Source: Fimbriosthenelais zetlandica
Taxonomy: Eukaryota
DNA length: 64,000 bases
Reading direction: 5' to 3'
Assembly: GCA_977030845.1 (NCBI GenBank)
Contig: OZ365109.1
Span: 13,082,001-13,146,000, forward strand
Under the pieces are notes generated by a model. The model did no database searches and had not been told where the DNA came from. It saw only the letters and a list, made by a program, of their open reading frames with translations. Numbering within the stretch: position 1 is the stretch's first letter; each line of letters begins with the position of its first letter. A program made the position numbers and the translations under genes. Positions 38,088-50,905 of this stretch are shown here, piece by piece.

Positions 38088-38248
38088 CTAGGAGAAGTCT
38101 CCCTGTGATCCTAAGCGCTTCTTGTCCCACTCGGGGATGTGCGTTCTGCCTGACTGGCTGTATGAATACATGGTCTTGTATTCGTTTGGGACTCCTTCCC
38201 AAACATGTGAATCCCTCCTGCATCCCTGTCCACCATCCATCTTGTGTG
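38088..38248 (-). CDS. Candidate terminal coding exon of a small minus-strand gene (HKMDGGQG...EYKTMYSYSQSGRTHIPEWDKKRLGSQGDFS*)
   Basis: Acceptor ctatttagcctttcag|; GC-richer than flanks; phase-1 start fits exons 41567-41650 and 39783-39814; TAG at 38088. Confidence 0.45.
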
Positions 38249-39782
38249 CTGAAAGGCTAAATAGACTAAATACTAAATGCTGTACAAGGGACGATGTTCC
38301 ATCCCATCTACCAGTCCTACCAAGGGAGAAATAGACATGAGTAAATTGTCTTGTGATAGAACATTTATTATACATAGATATTTTTATCTGTGAGTTCAAG
38401 AAATGCGTGTTTCATAGGAAGAAGGTTTGCTAGAATATTGCAGTGTTGCTAGCAGGTTCTGGCTCATGCTTCAATATATTTCAGATATATAACACCATAT
38501 TTTACATATAACCTAAATATATTATATCCTTGTCATTTATAATGATAAAAGATTAAATATTATGGCTGCAGTATGGTGTCCTAGTCAATAAAGGGGACAG
38601 GTGGTGGTGCTAGCGTAGATGAGAGAGGAACACACTGTGCATATTCAGATGATTTTAGCAGCATATTTCCCGTTTCATCAGATGTGACACTCGGCTCATC
38701 AAGGCAGCCACCCTGAAGCAGTTGACATAACATGTTAGTGAAATGAACCCGTTCCTGGCAGTCTGTCCTGCGGCGACAATTTTCTCTAATAGGCAGCGAC
38801 GTGAAAGGGGGTGGGGAAATCCACATGCATGTGTGTACACCCATAGACCATCATTTAGGTCTATGGCACAACCAAGAGCACGTCCCTAACCTATATATAT
38901 GGGAAAGAAAGCTTCCAACTATTTGGAATCATCCTTGGGAATTTATTGTCTAATGGACCTAGTATGCCACATTTTTCTAATTTTGAAAAATCGGTTTAAA
39001 TAACTAACTCCAAATGTCTTCGTAGTGGACTTGCTAGCATTTCAGTCGTCAATTCCGACGTTATGGGGGACTTATTTATTAGTTGGGAACGACCTGTAGT
39101 ACTTACGACCTAACATTTTGACATTAACTATTTTTTTTCAAAGTGTCAATTAAGCACTAGGAATTTCCCTTGGACTCATTCAAAGAATAAAGATAAAGTT
39201 CTGGAAAATAAAACATGAAGAAATTCATCCATAATGTTCCTGTTTATAGATATTGGATACCTATGGTGAATAGCATTGTGAATCGTTCAGTATTTCTTTA
39301 TCTGATATGCAGCAGCCAGCTTGGATGCAAATAAAATATTTGCATCAAATAAAATAGAATAGAATATTTGCATCAGATAGAGACATATAGAAGCCTTCCT
39401 CTCTGTACCCACTCATCCTTTGACCAATGACTTCACCAGACATCGCCTTTTTATCTGTTTGACATTTCTACCTTCCATGGCACACCCTTTAGCTTGATTT
39501 GCCAAGGGAAAAAATCAGCAGCTATTTTAATGTCAGTTGTGCAGTTATCCGCAGGTCCATCTTGTGCCTCGTGTACATATATATCATCTGTTGTGTATGA
39601 GCATGCATTCACTCCAGGTTTGACATAATGAGATGATTGAATAGGTCTCAGTGAGATCTAGGTAGAGCGATAATAGTTATCAGATGGTCACCTTTTGTGG
39701 TGTGCATAAGTAGCCATATGGCGGCAGGTGTATTAGAATATGCGTGGCAGACGGAATTCATTTCCAACCAGACTGACTATAC

Positions 39783-39814
39783 GTTTTCCTTCACCCAACA
39801 CTGGGGTATTAGAA
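39783..39814 (-). CDS. Candidate 32-nt exon (SNTPVLGEGK)
   Basis: ctggctttcag| acceptor; weak AAC|GTATAG donor; with the 19-nt exon it totals 51 nt, preserving frame. Confidence 0.22.
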
Positions 39815-40041
39815 CTGAAAGCCAGGCATGTAAACGAAATATTGAGTTGAGTTTGAAGATTTTTGAGATTTATTGCACATATTCAGCACAAACTTGGTTG
39901 GTCTTTCATATGTACAATGCATTTTTTTAACCGAGATTATATTATTTTGAATGTAATGAGATATTACCTACTTCTTCATTAAGGAGCAAATAGTGTCCTC
40001 TATTGCTCACGTTTTGTAAGAGCAGGCCATTGTGTGCTTAC

Positions 40042-40060
40042 AACGTGTTTCCTTTACGTC
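40042..40060 (-). CDS. Candidate 19-nt microexon (RRKGNT)
   Basis: tttttctgctatataccag| acceptor; GTT|GTAAGC donor. Confidence 0.27.
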
Positions 40061-41566
40061 CTGGTATATAGCAGAAAAATTGCTGACTGGGCGTTAAAAA
40101 TACAAAAATTCAACTTTTCATCCTGGCTGTAGACACAAAGTCAAATATCATACAAGTATCATGATAGAAGATGGAGGGAAAGGCAGACGATATTGGATAT
40201 ATTTACGTCATTGATAAACAGACAACAATTGATCAGAAGTTGGCTTTGAAACGTAAGAGGCGGATATCTGGCTGTGAGTCTCTGTGGTTAGCTTCCCATT
40301 GTCATTGCCTTCTCACGCTACTTTCCCCTTGTTATGGCCGATTCCATATGCAGACGCCTATAGCGGCTCCTCCCCCACCACCGACCCCCGGGGGTTGCAT
40401 CACACCATGCACTACCATTTAAGCTATGATCAATGGGGGCAAAATAATTGTACGTTGGAAGGGGGTCCAGTGTTTGAAAAAAACACTGTTAATCTACGAC
40501 TTGGTTATGCCCTATTACATCACCCTCAACAAGCCTATTGTTGTTAGGGTGTCACATCTGTGAATGGGTAAGAAATATGAGCTACAAGCAAGGCAGATGA
40601 ATCTGCGATGATTGATGCGCTAGTTCTTCATGCGGACTGAGAGATGATGGGGCAAAAATTAGAAAGCCATAGGGGAAAAATGGAAAGCCCAAAGTACAAT
40701 GGCTTCATTGAGATTGCTACCGCATGCAATTTAGAAGTCGTTGTATTGTTCCCCATTTCTCAAATCCCACACGTCATGCCATTACTTGATCTCTTAATGG
40801 GATATTAAACATAATTTCGGGGCTAGCCCCGTTTTGAATAATGAATTTTGCCTTTGCTGAAATTTATGATGAATGAGATGAGGTTTTTTCTATTGCATCA
40901 CAATAGATGTAAGGCCAGGCTGTTTTAAGGCCTGGCCCTACAGGGAATTGGCGTTGATTTGGCACTTAATATAGTTGCAGTTGATAAAAGATTCCTTGTT
41001 AATACTTGCATTGTGAAAGGCGCAGGTGGCCTAGGGGGTTGCCTTCCTAATTCAATTAACTGTTTTTACTTTATTCTGGTTTTGATGAATAACATTGTAA
41101 ATTCTTCATCTATTTCTAATGAATATTTTTAATGGCATTAATTTGTGATTCCCTAGATAAATCACATATTTTTTAATGCATTTTCCGAGTATATATAGGC
41201 ACAGACGTCCCGATCATACATACATATAGGTCCTATGCTGGAGTTTTACTATATATATATTTTTTTTTTATGAGTGAACACAAAAACATGTCTTATATAA
41301 TATTCTTTCTCTGATATCTTATAATGCACTCTCCTTGATGTCTCTCGTAAATCCATTTCCGAACAAGGAGACAGTCTGTAATAAGATGGAATCTGAAGCT
41401 CTTGAGGCGGTCCTCTCTCCTACATCGGCCCAGAAAGCCTCTCCACCGCCATATATATATCCTGCATTCTCTATTGATTTAATTTCAGATGAAATGACTT
41501 CAAACACTCTATTTAATTTCACCATCTTTAAATATTCAGGCTCCGGTCAATGGCGAATGCGCTTAC

Positions 41567-41650
41567 GATTAAAGAAAGCCTTTGATGTCGATTTTTTCTG
41601 TACTCGACAGTTTTCCCATGTCTGGCGAAGTTGAGGGTCAGCCATCGATC
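41567..41650 (-). CDS. Candidate exon with start codon at 41645 (MADPQLRQTWENCRVQKKSTSKAFFN)
   Basis: attagattcag| acceptor; ATC|GTAAGC donor; 84 nt, open in two frames. Confidence 0.42.
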
Positions 41651-42601
41651 CTGAATCTAATATTGGCGATATTTGTTTTTATTTTCTGTCTTTCTGTCTC
41701 TGTCGATCTGTCTGCCTGTCTCTCTTTCTCTCTCCTCTCACTCTCGTCCCCACTGTCCCCTCTTTCTATACTTTATAAATATATTATATCGCACCCTTCC
41801 CATTGAAAAAAGCAGCAGGAATAAAAAAGAATTGGCCAAAATCAGCCTGCGCTGTCTGCCATCAATAATTGAGTGAACATTGATCGGCGAGCATTGATCC
41901 CTGAGCGCCGACACCTGTCTTATCTATAATTCACACCTCCATCGCTGATACCAACCCTACATATACAGTTAATTCCCAGGTAAAAATCGCTAGGCGTGAG
42001 ATAATATTCAGGCTCTGATTTCTCTCGTTTCCATGCGTGACTACAATGCATTCAGAGTCCTTGTCGTTTTGGCATCTTAGTTTTACCATTGAGTCACATA
42101 TTATTATACGATATCCCTGCAAAGAATGGATATTTATATCCAACCCCTAGGCTTGCATGTAGTCATCAAGCGTGCAACCTATATATTGATTGCACTTTCG
42201 GATCTTTCAACTTCATTTTTTCAACTATTTAAAAAAAATAATTACAATTACAAAGTTTACAATAACCTTATGAGGGATATAGCGATAATAATACCCTGGC
42301 GGGCTTGTTGATCCCTGTTGAAATATTCAATTTTTATGGCACAGTATGATACATTGTTATTTATATGTGTCCTATAAACATGAATATAATGCAAAGTGCA
42401 ATTACAAACACAACATGATAATATAGTAAGTCAATTTAAATGAAGAAAGACTTTAATTAAGATTTGATTATTGACAAAGATGTAGACAAAGATTATTGCC
42501 AAAATGCATTAAACTACTTTGATTTATCCAGCCCTCGATCGTTCCTAACAATCCAGGTATACATGTTTATCTGGGTCTTGTTGAAAATGAACTTAACTTA
42601 C

Positions 42602-42786
42602 CAGGCTGGCAGTGTACCGAGGTGTACTGGATTTATTTCGAGCCAACATGTGTTCCAATGAACCCAAACCCTGGCCTTTAATAGTACAGGTAACCCTAGT
42701 CCGGCGGCTTTCTAGTGCACCACACAGATAACGACCCCTGATCTCACAGTAAAAACACAGCCTCCGGGAATGCTCGGAACTGAACC
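42602..42786 (-). other. Candidate upstream exon (5' UTR or coding) of the small minus-strand gene
   Basis: catcactttcag| acceptor; CTG|GTAAGT donor; 185 nt, GC-richer than flanks; ATG at 42649. Confidence 0.4.
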
Positions 42787-42819
42787 CTGAAAGTGATGAA
42801 CACATTTTATAGTGACGAA

Positions 42820-43255
42820 GATAGACAGGGGGAAGGGGAGTGCAGTGGACGGACAATGGGGAAGATAGATAGACAGAGGGAGACACGGCATATGGGACAG
42901 ACAGAGGGGAAGAGAAGTATATAGAGGAGATAGACAGGCAGATGGAGACATGGTGTGGGGGAAGGGCAGGGGTACATGGACAGAAGGAAACAGAAGGTAT
43001 ATATAGATAAATCGATAGGGAAGATAAGACAGATAAAGGGAAAGGGAATGCATAGGGGGGGATAGACAGGCAGATGGAGAGGGCCTGGAGTGATAGGAGA
43101 GATAATACAGACAGAGAGAGACAGAGGACATAGGAAAGATAACATCAAAGGGAAACAATAAATGCATAGGGGGAAATAGACAGACAGAGGGAGATTGATG
43201 GCATATATAATAGGAGATATAGACAGTCTGTAGAAAACAGAAGAGAGAGAAAATG
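42820..43255. repeat. Purine-rich degenerate satellite-like tract
   Basis: Recurrent GATAGACAGGCAGATGGAGA and ATGCATAGGGGG units; explains the 151- and 157-aa S/P/L-rich minus ORFs. Confidence 0.7.
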
Positions 43256-43496
43256 TTGCTGCTCGAAAGTAAGATGTCAAAATAACATAAATTATTCTTG
43301 GATGTTCATTAAATAATCTAGTGGAGGATAATCACACCAATGCGTTTTCATATACTAGTTCATCATACTTTAAGTACTGAAGATTTACTTCGTCTCTACA
43401 TATACACAGATGGTTATCGATTGCATAATTATCCCCATCGGATTTGTCATTACATAAGTCTTGGGATTCTCATTCAATATAAATCTGTCAGTGAGT

Positions 43497-43630
43497 TTTC
43501 ATGATTTTGAGAGATGCCATTTGTGGACTTTCATGATTTTGAGAAATGCCGTCTGTGGACTTTCATGATTTTGAGAGATATCATCTGTGGATTTTCATGA
43601 ATTTGAGCGATGTTGTTTGTGGATTTTCAT
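43497..43630. repeat. 32-bp minisatellite, 4.2 copies
   Basis: Head-to-tail TTTCATGATTTTGAGAGATGCCATTTGTGGAC units at 43497, 43529, 43561 and 43593. Confidence 0.92.
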
Positions 43631-44103
43631 AACAATAGAATCTGGTACCTGTCATGTCAAACAACCCTTTCTTGATTTCATGACGATTTACATCCATCTG
43701 GCAAGTTGTCTTTGATTGATCATTGGATTGAGTGTCTATTAGTATGATTGATGCAATCCACATTCATACACCAGATCCACCATGCAATGCTACCATCCCA
43801 GATCAATACGCCAGCCTTCCGTGCTATCTCATTATCAACCCCTTCCTGGTTCCCTGGGCGGTGTGATCTCCCCTTTATATGCAGATTAATTGGATTATAT
43901 TTAGAATTCTTGCTGCTTGTTATTTTGCATTTCCTGGATGAAAAAGAAAAAACAAATGTCTGCAGCTTCTTTTTGAATTGGTTCTGCATAGCTTTATAAT
44001 TAGCTCAGTACTTGTGCAGAGACTAACGAATGATTCTCTAATGTTTTTCTTTAATATCCTTCCAGTTACATTTTATTCTTAAAAACCGTATTATTATAGG
44101 CCT

Positions 44104-44309
44104 AGGTCTGCTCCTGAGTTTCACTTTACCGGACACGGAAAACTCAGGGAAAACTCATTTCAACACTGACTCCGAAGAATAATATTTGACACGTAAAATC
44201 CCATGCCCGCCACTGAGTACTTCATGTCACAGAAATATCTCCTGGAATTTAAGGGTTTACTCAGGGAAAAATCAGGGAATTCAGTTTTCACGAATTGCTG
44301 GGAATCCTG
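44104..44309 (+). mobile_element. MITE family E copy 2
   Basis: Right end GAATTGCTGGGAATCCTG; interior colinear with 33637-33905; left end degraded. Confidence 0.6.
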
Positions 44310-44741
44310 TCCTAAGAAATTCTATTATACTCTATAGCCTAAACAATATTTTAAGAAATTATACTGGTATATTATACAATTTACTCTAAGATTATACTAA
44401 AGTCATTGTCCTGATTATGGAGATATGAAAATCCTTACATTAACACCAGACACTGTGAATGTTGTTTGAATATGAGACCATTGCTGTGTAGAAGTCTCAA
44501 GGGACTGATAATACCTCTAGTCTGTGATGTTCTCGCCTCTATACACATAGATTCTCTTACATTCTTCCTCCTTGTCGAGCTTCCACAACGAGCCCTGCAA
44601 AGGGCTTGTGTCGTCCTCCACGGGACGAGTTGATGAAGCTAATAGCCCTACAGCAATGCCTTCACTACGTATAGTCCACCTCACAGGCATCTGCACTCTT
44701 GACTTTTGTCAGAAACTGTCCGTTGAAAATGGAAACTATAG

Positions 44742-45109
44742 GTGATGTGTTTTTCCTAAATGTGTCTAATTTGTCGATTTTGAAAAAAGCAGATCGCGAG
44801 CGTTTCAATGATGTGTAGCACAAGGAGGTGTGAAAAATGTTTATATATTTAATATAATTTCAAAAACTAAAAGTAGTGACAGCGGAAACTAGAGACAATG
44901 CCCATTTCAGACAATTTTCTGTCCAATAGGAAGAAATCTTGAAAGGATAACATTCTCAATGTCACTCACAAAAAATAGTCAAAACATTGTATACTTGCTT
45001 TTAATGCGAGAATGAGAAGAGAAATAAGTGGCTTCTTTACAAAGCATTCAGACCCGTAGCGCTGAATGGCCCTGTGCGACTTTAGACTCATTTAGTGAAA
45101 ACACATCAC
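44742..45109 (+). mobile_element. MITE family A copy 6
   Basis: ATAG|GTGATGTGTTTTTCCTAAATG ... TTAGTGAAAACACATCAC|ATAG; perfect ATAG TSD. Confidence 0.92.
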
Positions 45110-46673
45110 ATAGGACCTTTGGCTTAACATGATAGACAGATTTCCAATAGTGAAGTAAATTTACAGTACTATGTGCTTGTTAGATACATTGTCTTCTGTC
45201 TAGACTACGCTTAATAATAAGAGAACTGCCATCTATGTTTAATAAGAAGAGAACTAACATCAAGGCGAGAAGATTTCTTTGTGAAAAAACCTGATAGAAA
45301 AGGACTGTCAACCAGACTGAGTGATGTCTGAACTCATGTCAACAATAACATGGCCGTATCCCTTAAGGCAAGCAGGCCCAGCGGTGCTGCACTGGACGTT
45401 TACGAGATACATCACGGAATACATGGGAACGCATCACATGGCACGGTGGCACCTACATCAGTTCCATTTTACCCTGCTCCTTTTTGTCCCCGCGACACAT
45501 TAATCATTGTAAACGAGTCGGGCGACAGACATAAAAGCTTATATATATTTGCCAAGTGGGCCCGTTTTTATAGGAACATTGTTTCGAGCGGCAGGGGAAC
45601 ACTTATGGTAAAATTGCCCCTAGTGTATCCATATATATCAGAAGTTGACGGTATGGGGAATCATGGTTTTTCTTTTTCGTTTTTGCCATTTTTGGTTTCT
45701 TTACGTTTTATGTAAAGTGGTTGATGGTATATATGTTGCCATGGGAGGTCATCTCTCGATCCACTCTTGGGCTTTCCTCACTATGAATTACAGTTAGTCC
45801 ATGCATTTTTTTTGCACTTTGAAACTTTTTTAGTTTGGTATACATCTCTCTACCTCCATGCACTAGATGTTGTTGTGTTGTCTTTTCTTCAGTCCCAGTT
45901 CCCCTCCCTGGCCTCCCATCTACCTTTCTTTAATACTACTTTTTGATATCTCGGTGGTAGACTTCGGTCTATTCTATATACATCTCAGATTCTCTGATTG
46001 CACGGCAGTCCTCGCGTGTCTACCTTGTCTACAGTTGGACCATTTTCTGCACATTTTTCCTCCATTCATGGGAAAACGACAGACTTATAGAGCCGGACCT
46101 GCCGTCCTTTGCACCCGATTTGCATGTCACATTTTCGCCCGGGAACCAAATTAGCTGGCAATATTCCCATAAGAAAGAATGACTCAGCTTTTTGATACAA
46201 TATCGTTGCTAAAACCGATGGTACTTGTCTGCACGTAATCTCCCCATCTATCAGCTCAAAACCGTATCTATTGCCTAGAGACATCAGTTGCCATTCACTG
46301 ACAAAAATAATGTGAACCAAGTACTTGCATCTTGGGTGTGGGAAGAGAACCACAAGTAAAAATCAAACCCCATCCCGTGATTTGAAGAATAAGAAGACTC
46401 TTATTTCCAGACGATTCCCACAGAAATCTCTTGAGTTTAGCTTGGGATTTTGGCATCTAAACCTTGCCGGCCTCTTTTCTGTGAGACATTGAAGTGACCG
46501 GCCCTGCCGGGTATGCTGATAAACCAAGTTAGGCAGAGATTCTCGGCCCTCTCTGTCCGAGTAAAATAACTTTATTGGCTGCCATCTTGTTGTGGCTGAA
46601 GCTTTTGCCCCGCGGAAAGGGAAGTAGGGAGGAAGTGCACGAAAGATGCATGCACCCCACTATATCTCGCTTA

Positions 46674-46870
46674 AGCCTGAAACACACTAATCCGATTCTC
46701 CAATCCGTCGCCATCCGAACTCCCATTTCTAATGACATCCAATGATCGAAATTTTCTCAGTGGTTAGTCTTACTTTGGTCTGTTCAAATTACAAGCATTT
46801 GGTCGGAATAGAAATATAGTTTCGGTCATCTATCGGATGGAACTGGATAGAGAATAGTGTGCTCCAGGCT
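46674..46870 (+). mobile_element. MITE family B copy 4
   Basis: TTA|AGCCTGAAACACACTAATCCGATTCTCC ... GAGAATAGTGTGCTCCAGGCT|TTA; TTA TSD. Confidence 0.88.
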
Positions 46871-49800
46871 TTACTCTGTCAGTTGTCTGCTTGGCTCCGT
46901 TTCAAATAAGCTTAAACATACCGAGGCCTTGAAGTCCATGAAATGCCAGTCCTTTTAAAGAATCGAGATCAGTAGGTCAATGACTCTCCTGGGGGAGGGG
47001 AAACTAATTATTTCTTCGAGAGGCCTCATAAAAACTAAAATGCTGTCATGCTTGCTTGCTTGATTTGAGATTTGATCGAAAGCAAGAACAAACAGAGAAG
47101 TGTTGGCAAAGAGTGGATTTGGACGACATGATGGCTTTTATGTTGAATCTGGATCCACCTTGCTAATGATTTCCATATTGACTGGATCCCCAAAAAAACA
47201 ATCAATCGGGATATTATTTTACTTTTGAGTATTCATGAACCAGTTTTTCATTTTAGTGGGAAAACATACAGCCACTTTAAACATGCACAATCTCTCTGTT
47301 GTTTTATTTTTTGAAACCATTTCTTTTGGACTTTCCAGTTCAGGAGATGTAAACATGACATATCATCAGTATAGGAGCAAGTGACCTTTGAGGCATCGCA
47401 AGCCTAATGGAATCCCGCTTGAAGTAGCCTCCCTCATACATTCTGAATTAACTCAATTTACTTAAGAGACGCACCAAAAAGTACGTCTGTGTCATTGTCA
47501 GGTCTGATGAAGTTATCCCCTACAAAAATGATCTCTTTGAATCGTGAAGGTTACCGAGGTGCAGGTGGTTCTACCTTGATGAGCAATTTAAATCGCTACA
47601 GGTGCGAGCTGGGAATATGGACGGTGTTTACCTTGAGGCTAGTCGTCCACATGCCTGCAGAAATGCCCCCGATGTATAGGTAAAAGCTTAAGCTGGGTTC
47701 GACCCATTAAAGCCATTAGGATGACACTAAACAGCAGCGCAAATACATCTCCACAAACTGTCTAGGCCTGGTGCTAATAGACAAATGACTCAACCGCGGA
47801 CCGAGGCAATTAGGGACATCAGCTCTTTTTTGTATTATCACACTTTTGTGAACGTCCGAGCAGACATGATTTATGTTCATTTTCTGAGCAACCGCTTGCG
47901 AGGACCCAATGACTCAAGTATGGCTAATAACTCCTCTGTTGTTGTCCGTCCATGTGCTTATTCTGGGCTCAATACCTACCCGATAATGGACTTATCCCAT
48001 GCGATACTCCACCCCCCCCCCCCCGCCCTGCCCCAACCCACATAGAGCTTATGACTCATATAGCCCTGCTTTAATTTAAAACTTTTGTTAACTGCCAAAC
48101 ACTAGAATGGCGCTTGGTTGGCTGGCTGAGAGGTACTTCCCAATTCAAAAGCCTCCGAGTGCCATTTTTCCCGTTTGCTGCAAACCGGGCTATGGTGATG
48201 ATCATGTGGTGGTATTTTTTTGATGGGGGATCTTTCCATTAGGCCTCGGACGTTTTACACCTAATTAATCATTCAGTGGCTTTATCAACTAATATCCCCC
48301 GTCTGAATAATGTGGTTAATTCACCAAAGGTCGATGGTTGGGCTGGCCTGAATAAATGGGATTTCACACTCGCTATCTCTAGACCTGTGATACAATGTTG
48401 GATGAGCGGGGGGAGCGAGAGATGACTCATGCTCTAAGATCCTAGGAGAAGAAGAGTTATGTTATAGATGAACAACTGATCCTATAGGTAGACTATGGGA
48501 GACCAGACCCACTTCGTAATCTCCCATGTCTGTCAGTGGCAAATCCACAGGGCAAGTGTGCTTTTTAGTCTTCAAAGGAAAGGAGAAGCATCATGCTCGT
48601 AGTCCCCATTTACTGCTCGCCCCAACCTGTCTCTGAACCTAAAGGCTGAATGATGGTTAGTAATTTGATCTTGTTGAATCAGGCAGATAAGAACATCTTA
48701 ACTAAGTGAAAAGATAAAATGTGGCCACTGAAGTCTGCTCTGATCCAGGCCTGCTCTAAATGAAATTGTCTCGGGCTTTCTGGATCCAATATAGAAGCAT
48801 TTTATCCCATATATATACGAGACTTTATATTTTCGTACCCTGAAAATGATGATATTCTTTATCAGATTCAGAAGGAATTGTTTTTGCCCTTTTGGATGAT
48901 GTCATTCGTTCATAGGTTCATAGAAACTTGATGCCTTTTGGTGCCATATGCCTGCTTTCATCTTATGGGACTGACAGTTGTGTCTTTGTGGTGTCTAGAA
49001 ATGGATGTCATCGTTTGACCCTCTAAAGTACTATGGTTGAATATTAAAAAGTTAATATAAATAGATTTGATAAAAAATATTTTAGTGAATGTTGGAATTG
49101 GCATCTACAGCCTCTTCCCACGAATATTAACAATCTTGATGAACCTGCCATGTGATTTTGATATGTGCCAGACAGGCACTAATATCCGAGTCAACTATCA
49201 TGAATATCAAGCATTCATTTTGCTGGAGTCTCCTATGAATATATTCACCTCGGTGGAGGCGGATATCCTATATGCCAGGCCTGAAGTATATGCACCTGTC
49301 TGCTATACTCCCTATACCGCCCCTCGCCCTCCTCCTCCCCCTCAGATTAACTAGGCTAGTGGATAATTCAAATGAATGAGAATCATAAACTAGAAAGTCA
49401 CTCGTGTTAAGGCAATGACACCCAGTGGACCAACTTTGTTAGTGTGTGGCTACGTGCTAGGCTTACTGTCGCTGAGAGGAAGATATAGCAAGTATTCATT
49501 AAATAAATGTGTTCTGGAGGCTTCATAATAAATATGCATGTCATTATCCCATAGTAAGTCTGTAGGTTAAAGGCCTACCTTTTAACATTAAAAACAGACA
49601 TCATTAAAAAAAAATGTTTCCCTTCTTGAGTACCATTTTACCACCGGTATTAGAAAAGAAAATATCTTTACAATCCTTAAAAAAGTTATCTGTGAGCTCG
49701 CATAGAGTTTTTCTAAAACCATTTAAGTGCAGTTTATGTTAGTTATATTCACATGCATTTAAAATGCAGATAAATTGCAACTGTCATGAATTTGAAGATT

Positions 49801-50905
49801 GCATATATATGTGTTGTAATCCCTTCTGATAAGGATTTGAACCATATTGATCTGAGTGCTGCTATCTTGTTCACTCCTCCCCAGGAGTTGTGATGGATAA
49901 AACAGACTGGGGAGCGATCTGTTCCAACAGATATTGTTCAGATAAACCTTGCCCAATTTAAAACTTCAATTCCATTCGTTCGGAAACATTGATCACTTGT
50001 AATTACAAGAGTTTAACATTGCCTTATCATACTGGCGACAAGTAAACACAGAAGCCTTTTGGGAGAGCGATGTGTGCTTCCAGCTTAATTAAATGATCAG
50101 AATTAATTAGAAACATCTCATTAGTGAAGCCTCAATGCTGGATTAGTTCGCCAGTGAAGAAGTAGCTTCACTTGAGATTAGTCTCAGAAGGAAATGGGAC
50201 GTGAAGCATGGGGTGGGACCACCCTGCATCTCTCTTCACCCCCTCCCACTCTCTCTCTCTCCGAAGATTTTTTACCCCGAACCACAAGGTTTAGGATTAG
50301 GACTTGATGCTGGTACATTCCCAGCACTTTCAACTTCATTTTAAAATGTGCTATGAACCACTTGTATCCAGCTTGTTCACCTCAAGTGAGACTGAGAATA
50401 TAGATATAGAAATATGATTTATATATTTATTATTTATACTTAAAAGACTGATGCATTTTATGCCAGGAAGAGTGTACAAAATATGTATACACTTAGTTAA
50501 CTCAGATCTGTCTCCACAGGTTTTGGACATCATTGATGTTCATGCAGTCCAATAATGATAGGGTTATCTTATTGTATTTTATTTGTCCCTCCCTTTGGCA
50601 ATTGCATCTGTATTCTACTGACAGTGCGAATAAATAATATAATAATAGAGGAAATGTCTAGCATACTGTTAATGGGACAACTTGCCCCTCCTGTGTCTTC
50701 ACAGGGCTAGACTTGCAAGCTGTTTCTATTCCAACTCTTAGCCTAAATAAATCTTAAATAAAATGGCTCTTTTGAAAACACCCCTGACATTTCCGAGAAT
50801 GAAGTCGGACGCATGGCGTCTGTTAGCAGGTGGAGTTGTTCTGCTGCTATGTTTCCCTATTATACATTTCAAGGTCTTGAGTTCTGTGCTAACATGCTAA
50901 CTCAC

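Noticed and set aside
42712-43280. 151- and 157-aa minus ORFs
   Set aside because: They lie over the purine-rich degenerate repeat and have low-complexity composition.
43497-43630. 32-bp repeat as a CRISPR direct repeat
   Set aside because: Units are head to tail with no spacers.
50799-50900. + ORF MKSDAWRLLAGGVVLLLCFPIIHFK, signal-anchor-like
   Set aside because: It is short, has only a poor donor and conflicts with the stronger minus-strand first-exon signal.
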